A DNA stretch of 64,000 nucleotides from IMG/VR virus record IMGVR_UViG_3300013117_000371. One strand, written 5' to 3'. Origin of the DNA: a virus. Below the pieces are notes generated by a model. It ran no database searches. It had not been told where the DNA came from and saw nothing but the letters and a program-made list of their open reading frames with translations. The position numbers were made by a program, and so were the translations under genes. Below are positions 1 through 8,699 of the stretch, one piece after another. The first letter of the stretch is position 1. Every line of letters begins with the position of its first letter.

Positions 1-2
1 TC

Positions 3-719
3 TCCAAGAACGTCACGGTTCACGACCGGGGCGACCACCTCGCTTTGCGGCTACACAACACCGACATCATCCAGTTCTACCCGGACGGGAGCATGGTGCT
101 CGACTCCGGCGGCTGGCGAACTGTCACTACCAAGCGCTGGATGGACGACTATCTTCCGCCGGGCCTCTGCATCTGGTCCCAAAAGAGCGTCTGGTACATC
201 GGCAAAGGCTGGGGGGGCGGCAACAAGAAGCTGTTCCAGGACGGGGCCCGCATTGGGCCCAAAGGGGGCCTCTGCATCCCCAAGGGGCCGTCGCAGAAGA
301 AGATGGCTGCCCTGAAGAAAAAAGTGGACGCCTACGCCAGGAAGTTCGTAGCGGAGATGCTCGCCGGCAACATCCCGGCCCCCGGGACGGGGGATTGCTT
401 CTTCTGTCAAATGCAAGATGCCGACAGCGGGGAGAACCTCGGCGACAAGGTCAGTAGCGACCACCTCCTGAGCCACCTGGACGATGAGTACTTTGTCCCC
501 TCCCTGCTGGTCAACGCCCTCAAAGAGAAAGGTGCCTTCCACGGCATCTACATGTGGCCATTAGCCAAGTTCTGGGGGAAGCAGGCCGAGCTGGGGTGCC
601 CCTTCTACGCCATGGACTCGGTTGAGGCCGTCTACGTGTCGGCCATCCGGAAGTACTTCTACCGCCGGCTGGGCATCGCCGGGAATGCCGCAGCGGTGCC
701 GAAGAGGAAAACAGCGTGA
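3..719 (+). CDS. Hypothetical phage protein, 5'-truncated by the window edge
   Basis: Frame is open from base 3 (SKNVTVHDRGDHLALRLHNTDII...), so the true start lies upstream; LHNTDI...DSGGWRTVTTK segment and C-terminal CFFC; stop overlaps the next gene. Confidence 0.8.
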   Translation, partial: SKNVTVHDRGDHLALRLHNTDIIQFYPDGSMVLDSGGWRTVTTKRWMDDYLPPGLCIWSQKSVWYIGKGWGGGNKKLFQDGARIGPKGGLCIPKGPSQKKMAALKKKVDAYARKFVAEMLAGNIPAPGTGDCFFCQMQDADSGENLGDKVSSDHLLSHLDDEYFVPSLLVNALKEKGAFHGIYMWPLAKFWGKQAELGCPFYAMDSVEAVYVSAIRKYFYRRLGIAGNAAAVPKRKTA

Positions 720-940
720 TTGACAAACCCCCAAAGGCCCTCTCCTGGAAACACTCACACGGAAGAGAAAAAGCCCACAAGAGCCCGTATGACCCTGTAC
801 GCGAGCTCGAAGCAGGTGGGTGGGTATTTTGGGACGAAGTATGGGCCCGCTCCCGCGGAGTGTTCAACACGAACGCAGAAGCTCGAGCAGCTTTGCGGGC
901 GTACTACAACACCCACCTCGAAGACAAAGAGGAGAACTAA
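716..940 (+). CDS. Hypothetical protein (74 aa)
   Basis: GTGA overlap with the upstream stop; abuts the next ATG. Confidence 0.7.
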   Translation: MIDKPPKALSWKHSHGREKAHKSPYDPVRELEAGGWVFWDEVWARSRGVFNTNAEARAALRAYYNTHLEDKEEN

Positions 941-1165
941 ATGCAGGCAACCTACGAGCGCCGGGACACCGGCATAGGGCACACGTATAGTGTAGCCCTC
1001 ACTGATGACAACGGGGAAAAGGGGAGGGTCGGAGTGAACCTTGGCACCTCCTCCCATTCCCCTCTCGCCTTTATCCGTTACCGAGACCGGACATTGACAC
1101 TGAGGATGCCCTGGAGGGTGTACTCCCTCCTGCGCAGCCTCAGAAGAAAAAAGGAGACGCCATGA
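941..1165 (+). CDS. Hypothetical protein (74 aa)
   Basis: SD GAGGAG upstream; ATGA overlap with the next gene. Confidence 0.75.
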   Translation: MQATYERRDTGIGHTYSVALTDDNGEKGRVGVNLGTSSHSPLAFIRYRDRTLTLRMPWRVYSLLRSLRRKKETP

Positions 1166-1935
1166 CCAAGGACAAAAACCAAATGTGTCGGGAGATACTC
1201 GAAGCCATCTTCTCCCTCCCAGCCTTTCGGGAACTGCGCGAGGAAGAGGCGCTCGCAGCCAACCCACAGAGGACTACAAAGGACAACGTCAAAGAGAAAG
1301 TCCGGGCCGATTTTCGGGCGGTTGTCGGGAAAACCTTCCTGGCCGCCACCGTCTACGGTTACAGAGGCGATAACGGCGTGGGCATCCAATGCGACCCCCC
1401 CTGCGTGGTCAGGGTCGTTGACACTGACGAGGACTCCTTGCGGCGCTGGGACAACGGCTGGTGCGATCCCTACTGGAACGTCGAGCTGCTCGCTCCCCAT
1501 GAAGCGCTGACGGAGGTCTGCTCTCTGCGAGTCCGAGGCACCAGCTACAACGTGGAGACACAGGAGATACTGGTGCACACTCTCGAGAGCAAAGAGGTAG
1601 TGCCCCTGTCTTCCGGCAAAGACGCCAAAACACAGGGAATGGTCGCCTCCCTACCCTCCGGGAGAACCCCCATGATAGGGGTCCGCTTCGAGTGCGGATC
1701 GGAGGCCCGCTTCAGCAAGAACTACGGTCCCTACGAGTTCGTGCAACAGACCTACACCACACTCCGGCTCCCGCCGGACGGAGACGTCGAGCTCGCCCGC
1801 TGGGTAGCTGACGAAGGCTGGATTCTGTTCGACCCGCCGCGAGACCTCTCAGCCGCCGCCCCCAAAGTGGAGGAGGCAACCACGTGGTGGTCCGACATCA
1901 TCATCTTCCCCTGGGAAGCAGAGGAGAAACTGTGA
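1162..1935 (+). CDS. Hypothetical protein (257 aa)
   Basis: SD AAGGAG, ATGA coupling, protein-like composition. Confidence 0.8.
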   Translation: MTKDKNQMCREILEAIFSLPAFRELREEEALAANPQRTTKDNVKEKVRADFRAVVGKTFLAATVYGYRGDNGVGIQCDPPCVVRVVDTDEDSLRRWDNGWCDPYWNVELLAPHEALTEVCSLRVRGTSYNVETQEILVHTLESKEVVPLSSGKDAKTQGMVASLPSGRTPMIGVRFECGSEARFSKNYGPYEFVQQTYTTLRLPPDGDVELARWVADEGWILFDPPRDLSAAAPKVEEATTWWSDIIIFPWEAEEKL

Positions 1936-2852
1936 AGAACCGCGTAACCGACGTCGACGGTTTTTTCATCTACGTCGACAAGACATTGTATCACAAGGAG
2001 CGCCCTCATATCCCCATTCGCATGTCTGGCCGAATTGTGGATCAGGAATCGGGGGAAGTAATCCACTGGGCCACTGACAAACAAGGAATCCGGTGGGACA
2101 AGGATACCACCCAAGGCGTCCGCAAAGCCCTGATGGATGTCACCCAACGAGTCACTGAGCACAGCCGCAAAGCGAGCTTTGCTGCTCGACTACGCCGCAA
2201 TGGGCTCACTCCCCCCTGGGAGATCGAGAAGCTCAAGGAAACCCAATACTACATCATCCAGATAAGCGGAGCCCATCCGCCCAACGAAGTTGACGAGGCG
2301 CTGCGGCCTCTTCTCGGCGGCCTGCATACATGGGACGGGATGCACGGATACAAGTACACATTCGTCTCCAAGCTGATCCCGAAGGATATTTGCGCTGCGG
2401 CCATTCTCGCCGCCCTTCGTGCGGCATTCGGGGATGGAATCGAAGTCAACATCCAAGCCGTGCGCCAAGCAATCCGCACTACCGTGGATGGTCTAAGGTG
2501 GCCGGAAGCTATCTCCCCGCGGGCTACAAGGGAAGAGCTACTCCACCACTCTCTTACATTCAGGGAATTTCTAGATGTGAGCACAGCCCACATCACGAAA
2601 AAGGATGACGTAGCCCTCCAACGCATGGCACGAAACCCAGACGAAGGGAGGGTCATTGAGTTCTACACGGGCTACGCTATTACGCTACCCCCCGCAAGAT
2701 ACCTCAATGACTTCGTCGAGGAGCTGCTTGAGATGAGCTGTTCGAACAACCTGGTATGGCTGGTTCGCACGGCTACAGCCTACGGCGCAAAGCTACTGGT
2801 CATGGACCGGGATGGGCCCATTGTTACCTCCCTGGGAACCTTTGGCTGGTAA
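1932..2852 (+). CDS. Hypothetical protein (~306 aa)
   Basis: GTG at 1932 overlaps the upstream TGA (preferred over track start 1884); long protein-like ORF. Confidence 0.8.
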   Translation: MKNRVTDVDGFFIYVDKTLYHKERPHIPIRMSGRIVDQESGEVIHWATDKQGIRWDKDTTQGVRKALMDVTQRVTEHSRKASFAARLRRNGLTPPWEIEKLKETQYYIIQISGAHPPNEVDEALRPLLGGLHTWDGMHGYKYTFVSKLIPKDICAAAILAALRAAFGDGIEVNIQAVRQAIRTTVDGLRWPEAISPRATREELLHHSLTFREFLDVSTAHITKKDDVALQRMARNPDEGRVIEFYTGYAITLPPARYLNDFVEELLEMSCSNNLVWLVRTATAYGAKLLVMDRDGPIVTSLGTFGW

Positions 2853-2899
2853 TGAGTGGAGAACTGGAGCACCACAACCGCCCGGAAGAGGAGGAACAG

Positions 2900-3235
2900 A
2901 TGCAAATCCTGAGATGTCCCCACTGCGGGACGGAAGGCAAGATCCTAGTCTGCGAGAAGACCCGCCGCTGGTTCCCCCTGCTTGGAATCACTGCCGAAGA
3001 CAACTGGTACGAGGCCGGTGACCCAATCATCAAGTACGAACAAGTGACCGACGTGGACTACATGTGTGACAACTGCCAAAAGACCGTGCTCCTCGAGGAC
3101 ATCGTTGTGATCGAAGACACCGTCACATGCAAATTCTGCCACGAGCAAACCCCCTCCGATACCGCCCACCTCCACGATGGGGGCTGGGTGGGGGACCAGT
3201 GCTGCTGGGATGAACGACTGAGAAGCACAGAGTGA
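2900..3235 (+). CDS. Zinc-ribbon protein (CPHCG...CDNC) with C-terminal CCWDERLRSTE module
   Basis: Strong SD GAGGAGG at 2888-2894 favours ATG 2900 (alternative ATG 2852); last 35 aa are shared with 3899..4201. Confidence 0.8.
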   Translation: MQILRCPHCGTEGKILVCEKTRRWFPLLGITAEDNWYEAGDPIIKYEQVTDVDYMCDNCQKTVLLEDIVVIEDTVTCKFCHEQTPSDTAHLHDGGWVGDQCCWDERLRSTE

Positions 3236-3693
3236 GCTTCACATCAATGTACGTCAACACGGAGGAACGTTTGAGAACAATCATCTTAGCAGTACACCAC
3301 GAAACCGAATACGTTGAAGAGGACTTCCCTACAATAGCGAAGGTGGAAGTCACCCCCAAACTCCTCGCCTTGCTGCGTAGAATGCAGAAGCTGCTCTGTG
3401 AGACGCAGGCAGAAGACCACATCTACGGGATATCTGCCGCCCACTGGGAGCCCTCGCTCATCGCAGGCGTAGACCCAAGCGATTACTGCGAAGATGGACA
3501 ACTGGTCGAGGGGGCAGAGGAACAAGAAGCTCACGCCCAAAGCACTATGTCCCTCAACGTCATGCCCAGGAGATTCAATTGGACGGGGTTCCTGAAGTAC
3601 TGCGGCACCCGCTTCTTTACCGACCACATCTACATCGGCGAGCCGCATAACAAGAAGCTGCCCTGGATCGAACTGGAGGAACCTGATGGATAA
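3232..3693 (+). CDS. Hypothetical protein (153 aa)
   Basis: GTGA coupling to the upstream stop; protein-like. Confidence 0.75.
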   Translation: MSFTSMYVNTEERLRTIILAVHHETEYVEEDFPTIAKVEVTPKLLALLRRMQKLLCETQAEDHIYGISAAHWEPSLIAGVDPSDYCEDGQLVEGAEEQEAHAQSTMSLNVMPRRFNWTGFLKYCGTRFFTDHIYIGEPHNKKLPWIELEEPDG

Positions 3694-3898
3694 AAAACCT
3701 TCTATGCTCACCCGCCTCTTCGCTGCCTGCAATAGGGACTGGGACTACGGAATCCTGCTGATGGACCTGGCCCTAAGAGCCGGGCTCCTTTGGGAATGCA
3801 CTGAGGAGATCGAACAGGTCGGCCCCTGTCACTATTTCAACCTCGAAGAAGAGGAGGTATGCGCTAATTGCGGTGCACCAAAACCACAGGAGGAGTAA
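3686..3898 (+). CDS. Hypothetical protein with C-terminal CxxC (70 aa)
   Basis: SD GGAGG; ends VCANCGAPKPQEE; abuts the next ATG. Confidence 0.7.
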   Translation: MDKKPSMLTRLFAACNRDWDYGILLMDLALRAGLLWECTEEIEQVGPCHYFNLEEEEVCANCGAPKPQEE

Positions 3899-4201
3899 AT
3901 GCCAACCTACTACGTAATTATTACAAGAACAGCATACGAGACCCGTCTGTTCGAGGTCGAGGCGGATTCTCCGACGGAGGCAGAAGCCAAGGCCACAGCT
4001 GATGCCTATGACCACAACTGGGGCCCCAGCGATGGCTCCGACTACGAAGTTGACAGCATCGACCACGATGGAACAGGGGTAGACGCCGTGAATTGTTCCT
4101 TGTGCGGAAACTGGACCCCCGCCGACACTGCCCATCTTCATCGAGGGAAATGGGTGGGGGACGAATGCTGCTGGGACGAACGATTAAGGAGCACGGAATG
4201 A
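3899..4201 (+). CDS. DpnD/PcfM-like small domain fused to the CCWDERLRSTE module
   Basis: N-terminus MPTYYVIITRTAYETRLFEVEADSPTEAEAKA resembles the DpnD/PcfM pattern (V.I.E/RT....VEVEA.S..EA); SD GGAGGAG; C-terminal 35 aa shared with 2900..3235. Confidence 0.75.
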   Translation: MPTYYVIITRTAYETRLFEVEADSPTEAEAKATADAYDHNWGPSDGSDYEVDSIDHDGTGVDAVNCSLCGNWTPADTAHLHRGKWVGDECCWDERLRSTE

Positions 4202-4284
4202 GGCTCCTGTTGTGGCAAATTAGGATACTGGACAGTTGCCAAGAGGCTGCTGATCGCCACTACTGGGAAAGCAAGGAGGATTGA
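4198..4284 (+). CDS. Possible 28-aa peptide
   Basis: ATGA overlap with the upstream stop and exactly fills the gap to the next gene; too short to validate. Confidence 0.4.
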   Translation: MRLLLWQIRILDSCQEAADRHYWESKED

Positions 4285-4286
4285 AC

Positions 4287-4676
4287 ATGCCCAAATTCAC
4301 CCTCGTACTCGGCGCCCGATGCTACGATACCTACAGCATCGAGTGCGCCTCACTGAAAGAAGCAGTAGACCGCGTCCTCGCTCAAGATTTCACTGACGAT
4401 GGCGTAATCGAGGAAAATCTCGGGGAGGTAGCATCCCAGGAGTACCACATTGAGGACGTCGTCTCGATCCACAGAGATGGCAAAGACGTCTCTCACCTCT
4501 TCGATAGCGAAATGTCGAACCGGCTTGCCTTCAGCTTGGTCTGTCAGGCGCTGGATCGCCTCGTGGCGGCCTCACGGGAACCCGGAGCCGGGGAAGAAGC
4601 AACGGCCCGCCTACAAGAGGCCCTCCTAACCATAGACGGTATTTTGGCCCTCATCGAGGCCGAGGGGGCCGCATGA
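4287..4676 (+). CDS. Hypothetical protein, weak DpnD/PcfM-like N-terminus
   Basis: SD AAGGAGG 4273-4279 favours ATG 4287; MPKFTLVL...YSIECASLKEAVDRV. Confidence 0.75.
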   Translation: MPKFTLVLGARCYDTYSIECASLKEAVDRVLAQDFTDDGVIEENLGEVASQEYHIEDVVSIHRDGKDVSHLFDSEMSNRLAFSLVCQALDRLVAASREPGAGEEATARLQEALLTIDGILALIEAEGAA

Positions 4677-4828
4677 AAGCAATCATCCTACAGCCCATCG
4701 ACGGCCCGGGATTCGCAATCGTGCTTCTCCCACCGGAAGAGGGGGAATTCACCGACCTAGAGCCGATCTTCAAGGCAAGAGGTTTTACGCCCTGTCATAC
4801 GTACATCGGCCCCTTCTGGGACGACTAA
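4673..4828 (+). CDS. Small hypothetical protein (51 aa, MKAIILQPIDGPG...)
   Basis: Below the ORF-track cut-off; ATGA overlap with the upstream stop; fills the gap. Confidence 0.65.
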   Translation: MKAIILQPIDGPGFAIVLLPPEEGEFTDLEPIFKARGFTPCHTYIGPFWDD

Positions 4829-4838
4829 GGAGGAACTA

Positions 4839-5102
4839 ATGCTCTACCTGATCACAAGAACAAGCTATGACGTGCTGTACTTTGACACCTACCAAGAACT
4901 CGCAGACACGCCACCGATAGCCGGAGCCTTCCTCAAGGAGGGGTTCGGCCCTTGCCCAATCTGTAGCGAGATCGGGACGCACAGGTGGGTCCTGGACATA
5001 CCTGATCTCCACGACTTTGTGGAAGAGCATGGCGCCATCGTCCTCTCCAAGGGCGAAAGGGACCTCTTCGAGGTTGAAGTCTACGACACCTACAGGGAGT
5101 GA
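4839..5102 (+). CDS. Hypothetical protein (87 aa) with CPIC
   Basis: SD AAGGAGG; N-terminal ITRTSY echoes 3899..4201. Confidence 0.75.
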   Translation: MLYLITRTSYDVLYFDTYQELADTPPIAGAFLKEGFGPCPICSEIGTHRWVLDIPDLHDFVEEHGAIVLSKGERDLFEVEVYDTYRE

Positions 5103-5106
5103 CAAC

Positions 5107-6114
5107 TTGACCTACACATACAGCTACAGCCTCATCACCTGCCCGAATTGTGGGCAGGAATTCACCACTGATGGCGGAATTCTCCTCATCGTCTCCCTGG
5201 GCGGATCGCCTATTGAGCTCTACACCCGACTGGCTACTGAAGGAGAACTGATCGACGTGGATGACATGGTAAAGAATGGCTATCATAGTCAGACATGCTG
5301 CGCCAAATGCCGAGAGGATTTGCGGGACTTAGAGAACGCTGAGGAAGAGCGCTCCCTTCCCGACACAATGGGGAATCAGCCGCCGCTCGAAGGCACCCAC
5401 ACCCAAGCCGTCAGGGCCGCTTGCGCCATGACCGGGGAAGCGCCGCCCAACATCGATCCGGAAACCGGCATCCACTACGGAGTGATCCACTCCAACCAGC
5501 TGGACCCGGAATCCGTCGACGAAATCGTCACCAACGGTGATGACCTCAACTACAAGGCCTGGCAAGAGGAAGTCGCCGACCACCTCACCCGGATTCTCAC
5601 CCGGGCCTTCGACTGCCTGGCGTTCCGGGAGCAGGCCACCGAGTACATCGCCGACATGCTCACCCAGAAGCTAGACACGGACATGGCCCCCATCGAGGAC
5701 ATCCCGACCTTCGCTCAGAAGGTCATGGAAGGCTTTGATTTGGCCCTCCGGGAGCTCGTCGCAGACGAGGTCGAAGAACAAGTGGGAGTCCTGGGGGAGC
5801 ACTACGAGTCCCAGGGTAGCTCCTACCAGTGGGACACGCCTGAAGAAGGGCTCTCGGTTCGGTTGTGTGCAGACGGGGACATCCTCGTCCTGAAGTCCGC
5901 AGTCTACACAATGTGCGGAGAGTGCTCACCATGCGCACCTTGCGCAGGGTACCTCACCACCCAACCCGGCAAGCTGAAGGCGTACTGCCTGGACAAAAGC
6001 TGGTTCGAAGACGAGGAGTGCCCTTACCCGTACTGGAGTGTGGAGACCGACACGCTGGTGTACTCCGCCGGGAGGGGGCTGTTCGAGGAGGAAAACGATG
6101 ACTGTGAGAGTTGA
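5107..6114 (+). CDS. Multidomain hypothetical protein with N-terminal zinc ribbon (CPNCG...CCAKC) and C-terminal CGECSPCAPC cluster
   Basis: TTG 5107 chosen because track start 5017 overlaps the upstream gene; acidic and Cys-rich. Confidence 0.75.
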   Translation: MTYTYSYSLITCPNCGQEFTTDGGILLIVSLGGSPIELYTRLATEGELIDVDDMVKNGYHSQTCCAKCREDLRDLENAEEERSLPDTMGNQPPLEGTHTQAVRAACAMTGEAPPNIDPETGIHYGVIHSNQLDPESVDEIVTNGDDLNYKAWQEEVADHLTRILTRAFDCLAFREQATEYIADMLTQKLDTDMAPIEDIPTFAQKVMEGFDLALRELVADEVEEQVGVLGEHYESQGSSYQWDTPEEGLSVRLCADGDILVLKSAVYTMCGECSPCAPCAGYLTTQPGKLKAYCLDKSWFEDEECPYPYWSVETDTLVYSAGRGLFEEENDDCES

Positions 6115-6460
6115 CCAGGAAAACTGGCGCCAGGATGGGGTGGGGCCGCACAAGTGGGTTCTCGACGACGGCGGCAACTATCTCGCTGAGCTCGTCACCC
6201 AAGACGACGAAGGGAGGTGCCGTAGCGGGAGGGACCTGGCAGCCATCGGCGAATTGATGGCAAACGCCCCCACCCTGGCGTGCTTCCTACACCAAGCTTT
6301 GGGGCTGCTTGCCCTCGTTAGGGCGCACAAGTGGGGGAGAGCCCCCGCACACCTTGGCAAGACAATTGATTTACTGGTGGAGAACGGCACCGACCTCCTA
6401 GACGGGCTGCGTTCCGCCGGCGCGAAGTTCAACGCCGTGGAGGAGTACAATGAAGGATAA
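6098..6460 (+). CDS. Hypothetical protein (120 aa)
   Basis: SD GAGGAGG before ATG 6098. Confidence 0.75.
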   Translation: MTVRVDQENWRQDGVGPHKWVLDDGGNYLAELVTQDDEGRCRSGRDLAAIGELMANAPTLACFLHQALGLLALVRAHKWGRAPAHLGKTIDLLVENGTDLLDGLRSAGAKFNAVEEYNEG

Positions 6461-7106
6461 AGTCCCCCTCGAAGACACCGAGAAGCTCCGAAGTGCCTGC
6501 GAAGGCGTACATCCCAGGCTCCTGAAACCAGGAGCCTTCCGGACGCTTTACGACGCTGTCCTGCGCCTGGCGGAAGGGGGCGACCCCATCGCCGCCCAGG
6601 CCCTGGGCTTCGTAACCGGGAAAGAGCCGCCCACAGGTATGCCATTCTTCGATGTGGTCATCAACAGGACCTCATACCACGTCACCACCATTGGGGTCCA
6701 AGCTAAGAACCCAAACGACGCCGAACAGGTAGCCCTGAGCAGAGCACAAAAGGGGACCTTCGAACCCTCCGGCGACTGCGACTTTGCGGTTGCTCTCGTT
6801 GCGAAATGCGGGAAAGGGGAAGAAGTGGCAACCGCCGAGCCCTTCGAGGACGTCTTGGATTCCGCCGACGAATGGGCGCTGCTCTGCGCTATAGTCGACA
6901 AGCTCTACGAATTGAGCAGCCCGCACATCCCGGAAGGACTGAGGGGGAGGCACCCCAAGGAAATCCCGACCGACCACCCCTGGTGGGACTCGGACGAGCC
7001 CAAACAGCTCCTCGAGAACCTCAAGGAGGTCATGGACAAGCACGCCCCCACCGGCTTCAAATTCGGGCGGGACGCGCTCGGCCATTGGGGTTTCTGGCCA
7101 GCTTGA
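6450..7106 (+). CDS. Multidomain hypothetical protein with internal DpnD/PcfM-like module
   Basis: Residues ~64-117 (MPFFDVVINRTSY...) align with the N-terminus of 3899..4201; C-terminal AP.GF.FG...WGFW segment. Confidence 0.8.
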   Translation: MKDKVPLEDTEKLRSACEGVHPRLLKPGAFRTLYDAVLRLAEGGDPIAAQALGFVTGKEPPTGMPFFDVVINRTSYHVTTIGVQAKNPNDAEQVALSRAQKGTFEPSGDCDFAVALVAKCGKGEEVATAEPFEDVLDSADEWALLCAIVDKLYELSSPHIPEGLRGRHPKEIPTDHPWWDSDEPKQLLENLKEVMDKHAPTGFKFGRDALGHWGFWPA

Positions 7107-7435
7107 ATACCGCCGACGGAGTACCCATCAAAAAAGGAATGATCCTGCACTGGCGGAACCGGGAAGAGTTACGGTCGGGGGAGGTTCTCAGCGACCCCTG
7201 CAACGTCGGCATCGGCTATCAGCAAATGGTTTGTTGCCCAGTGCAGGGACCCGGAAAACGGTTCCACGCCTACAATGAGAAGCTGTATTTCTCAACCAAA
7301 GCCGCCTTAGCCCAAAACGTATTGGAACGGGTGGAGCGCGACATTGCAGCGCTCCAAGGGAAGCTGAAAGAACGCAAGCGGAAACGTGCCGAGCTACGGC
7401 GCCTACTTGCGCAGGAGGCAAGGAAAAATGCCTGA
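7103..7435 (+). CDS. Hypothetical protein with C-terminal coiled coil (~110 aa)
   Basis: TTG 7103 overlaps the upstream TGA; basic heptad-like C-terminus. Confidence 0.7.
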   Translation: MNTADGVPIKKGMILHWRNREELRSGEVLSDPCNVGIGYQQMVCCPVQGPGKRFHAYNEKLYFSTKAALAQNVLERVERDIAALQGKLKERKRKRAELRRLLAQEARKNA

Positions 7436-7622
7436 TACCCGCGCCGCAGACCTGTTTGACAGAGCTTCGCTCCGGTTTCTTGTTGCCGCCAGGTTACTGG
7501 CCGAAGTGGAGGGGATGAAAGCGGAGAACGACCTTTGCCGCATAAGGGGGGAAGCGCCCGCCTACAACGAAGACTCTTTTGCTAGAGTACGCAACTTCTA
7601 CGAAGAACAAGCAATGTTCTAG
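7428..7622 (+). CDS. Hypothetical protein (64 aa)
   Basis: SD AGGAGG/AAGG upstream of ATG 7428. Confidence 0.7.
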   Translation: MPDTRAADLFDRASLRFLVAARLLAEVEGMKAENDLCRIRGEAPAYNEDSFARVRNFYEEQAMF

Positions 7623-7651
7623 TTGACGCGACCCCCCCAATTGTGGATGAT
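7623..7651 (+). promoter_or_regulatory. Candidate sigma70-type promoter TTGACG-N17-GATGAT
   Basis: Intergenic; exact 17-nt spacer; SD GGAGGT downstream. Confidence 0.5.
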
Positions 7652-7675
7652 GGGCCTTGGAGGTGTTAAACAAAA

Positions 7676-7900
7676 GTGGCTCAAGAACGCAACACAGTGG
7701 CAGCCCGGGAGTACTTCCCTTGGGAGCTGGAGTTCCCCTCCATCAAGACAGCGAAGCGGGCACATCAACGCTTCCGCCTGAAGGAGGCCCAGTGCATGCG
7801 GGAGGAGGACCTGCTGTTCGTCCGCCTACCCCAGGAGGAGATCGCCCAAATCCTCAAGGAGCTAGGCTTCCATTGCCTGTGGATACCACTCGACCAGTAG
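7676..7900 (+). CDS. Hypothetical protein (74 aa)
   Basis: GTG start downstream of GGAGGT; protein-like. Confidence 0.65.
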   Translation: MAQERNTVAAREYFPWELEFPSIKTAKRAHQRFRLKEAQCMREEDLLFVRLPQEEIAQILKELGFHCLWIPLDQ

Positions 7901-7985
7901 CAAGCCCCCCGCAGGAAGGGCCGAAATTACTCTTCCCAAGTGCGGGCTTGTAGGGACAAATAGCGCAAAAGAGGAGGAGCGAAAG

Positions 7986-8165
7986 ATGAGCAACACCAGC
8001 AAAACCAGTAACGACAAAGCTCTCTACGAAGTGTGGAAAGAGGGGGAATATGTTTGGCGCTTCAAGACACCTACCGGCATAGAAACCCGTTGCTCGCAAC
8101 GAGCGGCGGAGGAGGATGCGGAAAACTGGCGGAAAGCAAACACGCCCGGTACAAGAGCAAACTAA
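7986..8165 (+). CDS. Hypothetical protein (59 aa, MSNTSKTSNDKALYEVWKEG...)
   Basis: Below the ORF-track cut-off; strong SD GAGGAGG. Confidence 0.7.
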   Translation: MSNTSKTSNDKALYEVWKEGEYVWRFKTPTGIETRCSQRAAEEDAENWRKANTPGTRAN

Positions 8166-8177
8166 AGAGGTGCGGGC

Positions 8178-8699
8178 ATGAGGATACCCGAACCGCTGGT
8201 CGTTCTTGGAATCGACCCCCCAAATGCGTGGTGCTGCGTCCGAGGTGATGCACTCTTAGGGTACGGGTCGTTCCCAAAAAGCCGAAAGTTTCGGGCCCTC
8301 GCCAAGTCTATCGCAGAAAGCGTGGAACTCGCCATGCTGCATGAACCAGAACTTATCGTCATCGAGCAACAGTGGCTCGACCTGCGCAGGAACAAAGAAA
8401 CCGGCAAAATGCGCCGGGACCCCCGCAATGCTCTGACCACCGCCCGGAAGTCAGGGATGTGGGTACAGGCATGGTTTGACAACGGGGGAACAGCCCTGCC
8501 CATCTTCCTCGAACCGTCGACGTGGAGGAAGCGAGTCCTCGGCGCCCGGGCCTCCGGCCGCTATACCGGTGACGTACTGAAACGGATGGCCCGCCACATG
8601 GTCCTGGGGATCTACGGCGAAAGGCTCAACGAGGATGAAGCTGAAGCTGCCGGCATCGCCCGGGCGGAGACTTTCCCGCCCCTGGAGGATTACACATGA
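8178..8699 (+). CDS. RuvC-like Holliday junction resolvase
   Basis: RNase H-fold acidic motifs VLGIDP, IVIEQ, P..W+K.V and NEDEAEAAGIA in RuvC order; 173 aa. Confidence 0.75.
   Translation: MRIPEPLVVLGIDPPNAWCCVRGDALLGYGSFPKSRKFRALAKSIAESVELAMLHEPELIVIEQQWLDLRRNKETGKMRRDPRNALTTARKSGMWVQAWFDNGGTALPIFLEPSTWRKRVLGARASGRYTGDVLKRMARHMVLGIYGERLNEDEAEAAGIARAETFPPLEDYT

Noticed and set aside
3128-4201. Duplicated C-terminal module as a diversity-generating retroelement TR/VR pair
   Set aside because: Differences are mostly synonymous C/T and G/A third-position changes rather than adenine-specific, both copies are coding, and no reverse transcriptase is present in the window.
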